Shown here one piece after another: positions 20,152 through 29,667 of a DNA stretch of 64,000 nucleotides. Below the pieces are notes generated by a model, which worked only from the letters and a program-made list of their open reading frames with translations, was not told the origin of the DNA and made no database searches. The DNA lies in sequence record SRR22947727_980. One strand, 5' to 3'. The translations under genes and the position numbers were made by a program. Positions within the stretch are counted from its first letter, which is position 1, and every line of letters begins with the position of its first letter.

Positions 20152-23100
20152 AATAGCCTTACTACCACACGTCCTGTATGACGAATGAACCCTTCACGAA
20201 TCTCACTATCAAGATCAAATCCAATGGATGAGTAAATGGAGCCTGCTGCTACACTCAATCCAATAATAAACCCGCTATCAGGAAATAATAAAGACTGTAA
20301 CTGTGCTGTGTCAGAGTTGAATATTTCTCCTGCGCTATTGGTAAGGTTTGCATAACGATAACTTGTTTTGACAGGATTGTTTATGAGTTCATATCTATAA
20401 CCTAAGCGAATTGAAGGTTTTATCCATGTTCTTTTTCCTTGAAATTTAGCTCCTAAGTTGAACATTGCAGTTGCCGAACCTGACTCTGAAGTTCTTTTAT
20501 CAACATCAAGTGCTATTCCTTTATCACCAGTTTCAGTATATGACTTTTCAGATAGTCTTAAGTAGTCTAGACTAAGGGTTGGACGTATCCAGTACTTATC
20601 ATTTATATCTATGTCGTAACCTATACGTGCCGAACTATTTATATGAACTCCAGACCAATCACCTTGAGCTTCACCACTGTAACTATTTATTCTTACTCTG
20701 CGGTTTTGCTCAAAATCGTTAAATCCTCCACCTAAGTAAGTTTCAATTCCTAATGACCCACTAGCCCACCCAGCATATGCCCCGCCCTGAATGGTGATTA
20801 CATCAAGAGGCTCATCGATACCAAGTACATCTTCAATTTCAGTTGAAGCAAACCCCAAATTAACCCCTACAGCATGGAATGGCCCAAGTGATGTATCTAG
20901 TCCAGTGGATATACCAAATCCTGCGCCACGATATTGCTCTGAAAGACCAGATAACGATCGATCAGCAAAATATGCAAACTCCTGAAGCCAAGCACCACCT
21001 GGCTTATCGGGTGAACGACGAACCGAATCCAAGTGGTTCGCAACAGCACCAATTGCACCATCTACATTTGCTAAAACAAATTGGCGTGCAGCCGCTGAGA
21101 ACTCAGGAAGTACTTGATTGAAAGCGGAATTAAACTCCCTTTCTGTTGTTATATTTGCAAATGCATCCCCTAATTCTGAATTATTACGTAAGGCTTGTAT
21201 TGCTGGTGCATAAGCTGAACTTTGAACTTGATCTAAGCCTAACTCTGATGAATCTCTTAGCTGTAGAGTTATCACTAGGTCATTACCTACAACATCATAG
21301 CTGGTATTAAACAAAAAGGGTGTTTCAGAAGAAGATAATGTAGCAAGATCACCAACAGTTAATTGTCCCCCTGCTGATGCAACTGTAAAGGCCGTTTGAT
21401 TTATACCTACAACATTTGTAAGTGTTGGTACTATCGTGGATCCAGTTTCAAATACTACATTACCACTTGCTTGAAGTGTTGATGCAGTACCATCATTGCC
21501 ATTAAGTACAGGACTAAAAGTTGATGTACTATCAAAACTTGCACTTGTTATTGAAATGATTTCTGCCTCTGTTAATGCCATGGTACTATTATCGGAGACT
21601 CCTAAGGTTAGGCCGTCTTGATTGTTTATGGCACCTTGAAAAAATGAACCTCCAGTCAAGTAAAAACTATCATCTCCTAAATTAAAGTCTATGTCGCCTC
21701 TAATATTTCCAGCAGATGAACCAACCCAATCATTGCCAATACCCAGCCTAATATCACCAAAGATATTAGGATCTGCGGGTGTAAAGTTAGAGCTAGAGTT
21801 ATCTTCTATCGCTCGGCTTTGCATAAACGTGAAGCCATCTATATTCTGTGATGCATCTATGGCTACTAGGGTAAAATTAATACTTTCATTACCCGTTGGA
21901 TCAGATGTTGTTCCAACCGCACCAATAGTACCAGTATTTGTAACGCTTGATAGGCTACCAGACTGGTCTCTTATTGCATAAGCTGTGCCCTGTCTGCCTA
22001 CTAAAACTGAACTTATACTACCGGTATTATTAATTTCATTAAGAGTTGAAGTCGTATCTATATCTATAGCTGTTGCTAAGACGTGCCGTGATGGTAAAAC
22101 ATTTGTTAAATCATTGTACACAAGATCGATTGCTTCCGATGAAGATGCTAATATTACACCAGAATTATCTAACGTATCAGCTATTGTGTTTGTGCTTAAT
22201 ACAATCACTCTAGCTTGACCGTCACCTGGTGTTAGTGAATTTCCATCACTATCAGTAAGTTCTTGAGGGGCAACATAAGCAGTGGCAGTCATTTGTCCTG
22301 TATTATTTATTCCTTGACTTAATATAGTATTGTTAATGGAAAGAGCGGTTGCGTCTATATCATCATAAAGGCCATTCGATTGGATGCCTCCTTGGTTTAC
22401 AAAAGAATATTGAAGGTTTGATTCATAAAGAGGGTCACTAGGATCAGAAATCTGAGCAACACTACCAATTAAAATTGAATTCTCTGTATCACCAATTAAA
22501 ATTGCGGGTGCTGAACCATTTTGTACTACTGTGCTAGGTGTATCCGAACTACGGATAACATTACCATCCGAGTCGAAAGTTTGATTTCCATTATCGTCAA
22601 GTACATCATTTATACCATCATCAAAGTGAATGCCCTCGGAAATATTAGCTCTTATGGTTATAGCGGAACCAGCTTGAAATAAATCTTCTGCTGTAATTTG
22701 CTCGCGACTATTTGAGCTAAAGCTTTCTGATATTGTTGGACGCCCAAGGGACCTGTACCCAGTTACACTCACACCTGCTGAGTTAACAAATCCACCCTGA
22801 ATATCAGCTTCAATATTTATGCCCTTAATTTCCTCTCCTTGACCATTTATTGTACCTGTATTTGTAAAGTCGCCTGTTATTCCTGAATTAATATTAATTG
22901 CAGTACTACGTGCTCCGCGAACTGTAATAGCTCCACCAGTAAACAAATCCCCAATTAAGCCCTCTTGATTGATCGAGGTGTTTGTTAAATTGATACCAAA
23001 GCTATCAGTTCCCTCGATATTGATACTTGAAGTGGATGTTAGTTCAACATTTCCCTCAAAAGGGGAAGAGCCTGAAATTAAAATTCCGGTTCTTCCACTT

Positions 23101-23498
23101 CCTTCAGCGAACGGCCCATCTGTAGCAGGATCTGAGTCAGTACTCGCAACTTCAAAAGTTTCATTTACATTTATTGAACCACTTTGCGTGTAATTTCTAT
23201 TTTCACCGCCCTCAAGACTTACTCCGATAGCATTATTAACATCTTCTATTGTTATAGAACCGGAATTTATTATGTTATTATTGGAATTCAGGACTAGTGC
23301 AGGTCCTGTAGTATCTATTGTTATAGTGCCTTCATTTTCGATTGTAACATCTTCGCCATTAGTTTCCACTGCATCTGTTCTATCATCATTAATTATAACT
23401 TGAGCTTGAACTGGAATACTTAGTCCTGATGCAATATATAAAGCTACAAATGAACTTGCCATCAATTTTCTGTTGTGTAGTTTTGATATAATAGTCAT
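20145..23498 (-). CDS. Large autotransporter-type outer membrane protein (passenger plus C-terminal beta-barrel)
   Basis: Signal peptide (..PVQAQ), long N/G/T/S/I-rich passenger with INNTG-like repeats, C-terminal ~290 aa of alternating beta-strands beginning GGAWLQEF, terminal Phe. Confidence 0.85.
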   Translation of the reverse strand: MTIISKLHNRKLMASSFVALYIASGLSIPVQAQVIINDDRTDAVETNGEDVTIENEGTITIDTTGPALVLNSNNNIINSGSITIEDVNNAIGVSLEGGENRNYTQSGSINVNETFEVASTDSDPATDGPFAEGSGRTGILISGSSPFEGNVELTSTSSINIEGTDSFGINLTNTSINQEGLIGDLFTGGAITVRGARSTAININSGITGDFTNTGTINGQGEEIKGINIEADIQGGFVNSAGVSVTGYRSLGRPTISESFSSNSREQITAEDLFQAGSAITIRANISEGIHFDDGINDVLDDNGNQTFDSDGNVIRSSDTPSTVVQNGSAPAILIGDTENSILIGSVAQISDPSDPLYESNLQYSFVNQGGIQSNGLYDDIDATALSINNTILSQGINNTGQMTATAYVAPQELTDSDGNSLTPGDGQARVIVLSTNTIADTLDNSGVILASSSEAIDLVYNDLTNVLPSRHVLATAIDIDTTSTLNEINNTGSISSVLVGRQGTAYAIRDQSGSLSSVTNTGTIGAVGTTSDPTGNESINFTLVAIDASQNIDGFTFMQSRAIEDNSSSNFTPADPNIFGDIRLGIGNDWVGSSAGNIRGDIDFNLGDDSFYLTGGSFFQGAINNQDGLTLGVSDNSTMALTEAEIISITSASFDSTSTFSPVLNGNDGTASTLQASGNVVFETGSTIVPTLTNVVGINQTAFTVASAGGQLTVGDLATLSSSETPFLFNTSYDVVGNDLVITLQLRDSSELGLDQVQSSAYAPAIQALRNNSELGDAFANITTEREFNSAFNQVLPEFSAAARQFVLANVDGAIGAVANHLDSVRRSPDKPGGAWLQEFAYFADRSLSGLSEQYRGAGFGISTGLDTSLGPFHAVGVNLGFASTEIEDVLGIDEPLDVITIQGGAYAGWASGSLGIETYLGGGFNDFEQNRRVRINSYSGEAQGDWSGVHINSSARIGYDIDINDKYWIRPTLSLDYLRLSEKSYTETGDKGIALDVDKRTSESGSATAMFNLGAKFQGKRTWIKPSIRLGYRYELINNPVKTSYRYANLTNSAGEIFNSDTAQLQSLLFPDSGFIIGLSVAAGSIYSSIGFDLDSEIREGFIRHTGRVVVRLLF

Positions 23499-23710
23499 CT
23501 ATTGAACTAACCTATATAGTTTGCACTTTATTTGTTCTCTCTAGCATAAAAATAGCTTTCGCCAATGGTAGAATGATAAAGAATTTCATTTATATCAATT
23601 ATTATAAAAATAATTTTATACTAAATACTGTATTAAATGATTGTATGTTAATCTATAAATAGTTTAATCACGGGTATGTATCAAGGCGATCGTATTAAGA
23701 GCTTAGTCAA

Positions 23711-24223
23711 ATGAAAAAAAAGTTATTTTTATATTCTGTTTTAATTCCTTTGGGTATAGTTATAATTGATCAATGGACAAAGTTTTCAGTGACCCAGTTT
23801 TTTAATGTCCCTATTAATATCTGCGAAATGAACTTGGCACCTGGTAAATATCATGCTTTATCCGGACCAATGGACATATCACTAGTTTGTAACCCTGGAA
23901 TAAGTTGGGGACTCTTACAGGGTGATGGTGATTTTAAAAGGTGGTTCCTAACAATATTTGCTTTTCTAATGAGTGGAATTTTAATCTATATGTTAAATAA
24001 AACTGAGGATTTTCTCTCAAAAATATCTTTTTCCTTAATCATAAGCGGTGCTATAGGAAACGGTATTGATCGTTTTTTATTCGGAGCAGTGACTGATTTT
24101 ATTGATTTTAGCGAAATTGGTTTTCGTTGGGTTTTTAATGTAGCCGACACATCAATAACTTGCGGGGTTATTGGTCTTATTTTGGCCAGCTTTACCAATA
24201 GAAAAAATATATCAGATGTTTAG
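23711..24223 (+). CDS. lspA: Lipoprotein signal peptidase II
   Basis: IDQWTK, NPGISWG, GAIGNGIDR, GAVTDFI, FNVAD. Confidence 0.96.
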   Translation: MKKKLFLYSVLIPLGIVIIDQWTKFSVTQFFNVPINICEMNLAPGKYHALSGPMDISLVCNPGISWGLLQGDGDFKRWFLTIFAFLMSGILIYMLNKTEDFLSKISFSLIISGAIGNGIDRFLFGAVTDFIDFSEIGFRWVFNVADTSITCGVIGLILASFTNRKNISDV

Positions 24224-24296
24224 AAAAATAGCTTTGCATATTTGCTAGGCGAACTTATACCTTTTAGGTAAGTAATTATATTTAGAGAGACTCAAA

Positions 24297-24827
24297 ATGA
24301 AATTCACTAATATTTTAATGGCTATATCTGCTTCATCTATGATCTTAGGTTGTACTCAAACAACAAAAGCGTTGGGTATTACAAAAAATGCTCCAAATGA
24401 ATTTAATATTTTAACTAAAGCACCTTTAGTTGTTCCGCCAGAATATAACCTTAGACCCCCTCAGATTGGAACTAGTTCGTCTGAAAATAATTATAGCCAA
24501 GAATCAGCTAGGAACGCATTACTGGGTAATATCGATGACGTGGAGCCTACCCGTGGCGAAGTAGTTTTAATGTCTAAAGCAGGTGTAGGCTCAGCCAATC
24601 CAGAAATTAGATTGGAGATTGATGGATCCAATTCTGTTGAACGAAAATCTAAAGGCTTTTCAGATCAGGTACTATTTTGGAAGGATGGGAGTCGTTTTTC
24701 CCCGGAAAATGCGCCTATAGATTCTGATATTGAAGCCAAAAGGTTAGAGGCAATTACTGCAGCTACTGGCGGAGAGGATGTTAAAATCACTAAACGTCCG
24801 GGAGCAGCCAAATTACCAGGCCTTTAG
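24297..24827 (+). CDS. DUF3035 family lipoprotein
   Basis: Lipobox ILGC, APNEF.I..KAPLVVPPEYNLRPP; typical neighbour of lspA in alphaproteobacteria. Confidence 0.85.
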   Translation: MKFTNILMAISASSMILGCTQTTKALGITKNAPNEFNILTKAPLVVPPEYNLRPPQIGTSSSENNYSQESARNALLGNIDDVEPTRGEVVLMSKAGVGSANPEIRLEIDGSNSVERKSKGFSDQVLFWKDGSRFSPENAPIDSDIEAKRLEAITAATGGEDVKITKRPGAAKLPGL

Positions 24828-24863
24828 ACTTAAACTTATGTTTGAATACTTTTCAAATACTAA

Positions 24864-26711
24864 ATGAATAATACGCCACCAATTATTCGTGAAATGCCGA
24901 CTGAAACAGTGAATCGTATCGCTGCAGGTGAGGTGGTTGAGCGTCCAGCAAGCGTAATAAAGGAATTAGTTGAAAACTCGGTTGATGCAGGTGCTTCTCA
25001 AATTGATATCTTTTATGACGGAGGCGGGCTTGGGTTAATTTCAGTTACTGATAATGGTAGCGGAATGAGCGAAAATTGTTTGTCAGTGGCTATAAAACGT
25101 CATGCTACTTCTAAATTACTGCCTGACTCTGAAGGAAATTGGGATTTATTGAATATAAATACTATGGGTTTTCGTGGAGAAGCTTTACCATCTATAGCAT
25201 CCGTATCACGGCTTCAGATTAAATCTCAACTCAAGAATGCTAAAAATTCTTGGAAGATCACTGTCGAGGGAGGGCAGCAGAGTTCTGTTGCACCTGCACC
25301 AAGGCTAATTCACCACGGAACTCAGGTTACTGTTAAAGATTTATTTTATGCGACACCTGCCCGATTAAAATTCATGAAATCTGAACGTAGTGAAAGCTTG
25401 GCCATCTCAGATAATGTTAAGCGCCTAGCAATGGCAAACCCAAGCATTGGATTTAAATTGAGCAACATAAAACGCACTTTATTTAATATTCAGAAAAACC
25501 AGAATGACCAAAAGGCTAGGTTATCGCGTTTAGCATCAATCTTAGGCGAAGATTTCACGTCTAATTCAATATTGATTGATAAAATTAGAGATGAAATTAG
25601 TTTAAGTGGATATGCTGGTTTACCAACGTATTCACGTGGTAATACTCAGCATCAGTTTCTCTTTGTTAACGGCCGACCTGTGCGCGACAAAATTCTACAT
25701 GGAGCTGTACGAGGAGCCTATCAAGATTTTCTTGCTCGAGATCGTCACCCAATTGTTGCTCTCTACATTGATTTACCTAATGATCATGTTGATGTAAATG
25801 TTCATCCTTCCAAAAATGAAGTTAGATTTCGAAACCCAGGATTAGTTAGAGGCTTAATAGTTTCTGCATTACGTCATAGCCTTGCAGCGGCTGGACACAG
25901 AGCAAGTACCACCACATCGCATTTTGCTTTAGGAAAAATGCAAACCGGAGAAAATCAGTACACATTTCAAAGAAATTATAATAACCCTAGCAATAACGCA
26001 ACCATTCGGTTTGATGGTTCTATCCATGCAGAAAGTACTTTGTCACAAGACACTCCATATCCAACAAATTATGGTTTTTCTGCTAAATTTGAAAATAATA
26101 AAGAGTATAACATAGAGCAAGATAACGATTTATATCCTTTGGGTATTGCTCGTGCGCAACTTCATGAAACATATATAATATCCCAAACACAAGATGGAAT
26201 AATTATTGTTGATCAACATGCTGCCCATGAAAGGCTTGTATACGAAAAGATGAAAGCCTCTCTTGAAGGACAAGGAATTGAGAGGCAAACCCTTCTTATT
26301 CCTGAAATTGTAGAGTTAAGTGATGCCGATGTTCAAAGGCTTCTAGATCGTAAGGGTGAGTTGAAAGATATGGGACTTTCTTTTGAAGGCTTTGGGGAGG
26401 GTGCAGTGGCTGTTAGTGAAACTCCATCTCTTCTTGGGGAAATGAATATTCAAAAATTAATGCAAGATTTGGCTGATGACATAAGTGAGTATGATGAGGC
26501 TTTAAGCTTGAAAGAAAAATTTGAGCATGTTTGTGGGACTATGGCTTGTCATGGAAGTGTAAGAGCTGGGCGTATTTTAAATAATGATGAAATGAACTCT
26601 TTACTTAGGCAAATGGAAAATACACCTCATAGTGGTCAATGTAATCATGGTAGGCCTACATATGTGGAGCTTAAATTAGCTGATGTAGAGCGTTTATTTG
26701 GTCGGCGTTAA
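24864..26711 (+). CDS. mutL: DNA mismatch repair endonuclease MutL
   Basis: NRIAAGEVVERPASVIKELVENS, GFRGEAL, DQHAAHERLVYE endonuclease motif, CNHGRP. Confidence 0.98.
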   Translation: MNNTPPIIREMPTETVNRIAAGEVVERPASVIKELVENSVDAGASQIDIFYDGGGLGLISVTDNGSGMSENCLSVAIKRHATSKLLPDSEGNWDLLNINTMGFRGEALPSIASVSRLQIKSQLKNAKNSWKITVEGGQQSSVAPAPRLIHHGTQVTVKDLFYATPARLKFMKSERSESLAISDNVKRLAMANPSIGFKLSNIKRTLFNIQKNQNDQKARLSRLASILGEDFTSNSILIDKIRDEISLSGYAGLPTYSRGNTQHQFLFVNGRPVRDKILHGAVRGAYQDFLARDRHPIVALYIDLPNDHVDVNVHPSKNEVRFRNPGLVRGLIVSALRHSLAAAGHRASTTTSHFALGKMQTGENQYTFQRNYNNPSNNATIRFDGSIHAESTLSQDTPYPTNYGFSAKFENNKEYNIEQDNDLYPLGIARAQLHETYIISQTQDGIIIVDQHAAHERLVYEKMKASLEGQGIERQTLLIPEIVELSDADVQRLLDRKGELKDMGLSFEGFGEGAVAVSETPSLLGEMNIQKLMQDLADDISEYDEALSLKEKFEHVCGTMACHGSVRAGRILNNDEMNSLLRQMENTPHSGQCNHGRPTYVELKLADVERLFGRR

Positions 26712-27280
26712 TATTTATTTTTGACTGCTCCTAAAAAAAGAACCCTTGTTCCTCCCCATTCTTTATCAGCTAATATGTTGAATTTACTTTGGTCAATTTC
26801 CATATCTTTACTTTCTTCAAGGATTATAATCCCATCTTCCGCAATTAAATTAAATTCTTTCAATCTATTAATAACTGGCTTCCAAAGTCCTTTATTGTAA
26901 GGAGGATCTATAAAAACATGCGTGAAAGGCCCTCTTAGATTTCCGGGTGCAATTTTAAGTTTAGTAGCGTCGTGTCGATGAATTCTTGTACAATCAAATA
27001 AATTCATGTTTTCTGTATTTTTTCTAATAGCACCTCTTGCATTTGGTTCTGTTTCTACAAATAGACAAAATTTTGCTCCTCGAGAGATAGCCTCAAAACC
27101 TAATGCGCCTGTACCTGCAAAAATATCCGCGACTATTGCTCCATCAAGTTTAGGTGACCAATCTGCATGTGTTAATATGTTAAAAATAGACTCTCGTGTT
27201 TGGTCACTAGTTGGACGAGTATTATTGCCTAAAGGAGTATGGATTTTTCGCCCCTTAAGCTTACCTGAAACAATTCGCAC
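26708..27280 (-). CDS. rsmD: 16S rRNA m2G966 methyltransferase
   Basis: MRIVSGKLKGR, TRPTSD, DIFAGTGALGFEAISRGA, DPPY. Confidence 0.95.
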   Translation of the reverse strand: MRIVSGKLKGRKIHTPLGNNTRPTSDQTRESIFNILTHADWSPKLDGAIVADIFAGTGALGFEAISRGAKFCLFVETEPNARGAIRKNTENMNLFDCTRIHRHDATKLKIAPGNLRGPFTHVFIDPPYNKGLWKPVINRLKEFNLIAEDGIIILEESKDMEIDQSKFNILADKEWGGTRVLFLGAVKNKY

Positions 27281-28224
27281 TAACTTTTTTTCCTGTTGTT
27301 ATTTGTATTTACTCTACTGTGGCTTTTTTTTTCTGATCTCTCTGATAGCTTTCCTCTGTTAGCAGGATACCTTTTATTAAATTTAAAATTACCTAATGGA
27401 GGTTTATGTAATCCCTTATTTAACGGTAATTTTTTATTACTAGAGATTTTATTTTCTACAACATTTTTTACATCAGGTATTTCGATTAAGTGACCGACTT
27501 GTTCTTTCAAAACACGTAATTTAACTTCTTCAACGGCCCCTTTGTCCAAGTTGCCTAGTTGAAATGGACCATATGAAATTCTTATAAGGCGATTTACTCT
27601 TAGGCGGAGTGTGTCTAAAGCTCTCCTGATTTCTCTATTTTTACCCTCTCTTAATGTAACAGATATCCAGACATTATCTCCCTTTTGACGCTCTAATATA
27701 GCTATAATTGGTCCAGTCTTAATTCCATCTATAGTGATACCTTTTTGAAGCTTATCAAGGTCATGTTGATTAACTTTTCCATAAGCTCTCACTCGATACT
27801 TTCTTTGCCACCCTGTGCTAGGTAACTCTAACGCCCGAGCAAGCTCTCCATCATTTGTTAGTAAAAGCAAACCTTCTGATGTTAGATCAAGACGTCCAAT
27901 TGATATTACCCTTCCTAACTCTTTAGGAAGTTCATCAAATACCGTGCTTCTATTTCTTTCATCTTTATGAGTGGTTATTAAACCATCTGGTTTATGGTAG
28001 CGCCATAACCTTAATGGTTGTTTGGGTGCCACTGGTTGATTATCAAAGAGTACAACATCTTTTGATGTGACTTTGACTGCGGGAGTGGATAAAATTTTCC
28101 CATTTAATTTTATACGGCCATAGCTAATTAGTTTTTCGCTCTCTCTTCGTGAGGCAACTCCTGAGCGTGCTAGAAATTTTGCAATACGTTCGCCTTTTTC
28201 CTTAATTTTATTTTCTTGCTTCAT
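27280..28224 (-). CDS. rluB: RsuA/RluB family rRNA pseudouridine synthase
   Basis: S4 domain RIAKFLARSGVASRRE, GRLDLTSEGLLLLTNDG, EGKNREIRR; basic C-terminal tail. Confidence 0.88.
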   Translation of the reverse strand: MKQENKIKEKGERIAKFLARSGVASRRESEKLISYGRIKLNGKILSTPAVKVTSKDVVLFDNQPVAPKQPLRLWRYHKPDGLITTHKDERNRSTVFDELPKELGRVISIGRLDLTSEGLLLLTNDGELARALELPSTGWQRKYRVRAYGKVNQHDLDKLQKGITIDGIKTGPIIAILERQKGDNVWISVTLREGKNREIRRALDTLRLRVNRLIRISYGPFQLGNLDKGAVEEVKLRVLKEQVGHLIEIPDVKNVVENKISSNKKLPLNKGLHKPPLGNFKFNKRYPANRGKLSERSEKKSHSRVNTNNNRKKS

Positions 28225-28271
28225 AAATTACCTAGCTTGACCTTTTGTTTCCTACTCGAGTAGAAAGAATA

Positions 28272-28724
28272 ATGAATGATGAATACTACATGTGTGAGGC
28301 TATATCACAAGCGCAAGAGGCATCAGACCGTGGCGAAGTGCCTGTTGGAGCAGTTATTGTCAATTCAAAGGGTAAAATTATCTCACGCGCAGGTAATTCT
28401 CCAATTAGTTTAATGGATCCATCTGCGCATGCTGAAATTTTAGCAATTCGTAAGGCATCTACTATTTTAAAAAATTATAGGTTAGTAGATTGTAGCCTTT
28501 ATGTAACGCTTGAACCTTGTACAATGTGTGCCGGAGTTATAAGTGCTGCTCGCTTAAAGAGAGTAGTTTATGGGGCTACAGATATAAAAAGCGGAGCAGT
28601 AGAGAGCGGCGTTAGATTTTTTGAAACAAAATCATGTAATCATAAACCTTTAATTAAATCTGGAGTTCTTGAAGATAATGCAGCAAATATCTTAAAGGAA
28701 TTTTTTCAGATACGAAGAAAATAA
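28272..28724 (+). CDS. tadA: tRNA adenosine deaminase TadA-like nucleoside deaminase
   Basis: GEVPVGAV, DPSAHAE, TLEPCTMC Zn-binding motif. Confidence 0.92.
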   Translation: MNDEYYMCEAISQAQEASDRGEVPVGAVIVNSKGKIISRAGNSPISLMDPSAHAEILAIRKASTILKNYRLVDCSLYVTLEPCTMCAGVISAARLKRVVYGATDIKSGAVESGVRFFETKSCNHKPLIKSGVLEDNAANILKEFFQIRRK

Positions 28725-28749
28725 GTATAAAAACTTAATTTGATATTAT

Positions 28750-29667
28750 TTACTTGAATGCCCCTTTTTTCCATAATTTCCAGCCCATTATTGGTGAGCA
28801 TATAACAGGATGTTTTTTTTCGAAAGAAGTTGGTGAGATGGTAACTCCAGAATGATTTTTTAGTTTCATTAATATATAGTTTAATCCTCCATCAAATGTT
28901 GCCGCACTGTTTATAACACGGATTGCAGTCATTGGTTTTCCAATTAACCTTCTAATAAACCACTTGGACTTTGTATAAATTCTAGTTTCATGTGGGGTTA
29001 AATAATAACCATCCTTATCAGGTTTTCCGAAAAGAACTGTAGTTATTCTACTATAACGATTTTCATAACGTTCAACAATTTCAATTGCTCTTTTTTCCGA
29101 GCTTTCTGGACGAAGTTCTGTTCTGTAGCTTTCATGAAAGCCTTTAGCCCAAAATTGAGAAGATTTTATAGGACCGGAAATCAATGGGGTTATTTGAGAG
29201 GCCATATGTCTTACTGAATTTTCCCGTGCAGTGATAAGGCGATCAGTTATAGTAGAACTTTCTGAATAGAGAATGCTGCATGGCTGACAAAATCGACCCC
29301 ATATCATAGATAAAAAAGATTTTTCCCCGCTTAGTTTTTCAAACGCAGGTAGAGAGATAATTGAGTATTTGCATTTAATTAGTATATTATTTTTATCCAG
29401 TTTTTCATAGTAGTACACAGCAGGTGGTATTAAATAATTTAAAAAAGCTCTTACAAGACTTTTATGAGTCTTTCTGTAACTATCAACAATAACATAAAAA
29501 TCGAGCATTTTATCAGGTTTGTCTAAATCCCTTAAAGATGAACCATAATATATAACAGCTTTTACTCTTTCCGGATGCCTTTTAATTATCGTTTTGCATA
29601 TTTTTGAAACACGAGGATTAGGTAAGATGTTTTCTTCAGATAATATATCAAAAATTGTTTCGCTCAT
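28750..29667 (-). CDS. Tam41/Mmp37-like nucleotidyltransferase, CpgC-like
   Basis: Pol-beta-type NTase motif YYGSS...MLDFYVIVD, W/GRF.QP and SYRTELR segments resembling Tam41; co-transcribed with the lipid kinase. Confidence 0.65.
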   Translation of the reverse strand: MSETIFDILSEENILPNPRVSKICKTIIKRHPERVKAVIYYGSSLRDLDKPDKMLDFYVIVDSYRKTHKSLVRAFLNYLIPPAVYYYEKLDKNNILIKCKYSIISLPAFEKLSGEKSFLSMIWGRFCQPCSILYSESSTITDRLITARENSVRHMASQITPLISGPIKSSQFWAKGFHESYRTELRPESSEKRAIEIVERYENRYSRITTVLFGKPDKDGYYLTPHETRIYTKSKWFIRRLIGKPMTAIRVINSAATFDGGLNYILMKLKNHSGVTISPTSFEKKHPVICSPIMGWKLWKKGAFK

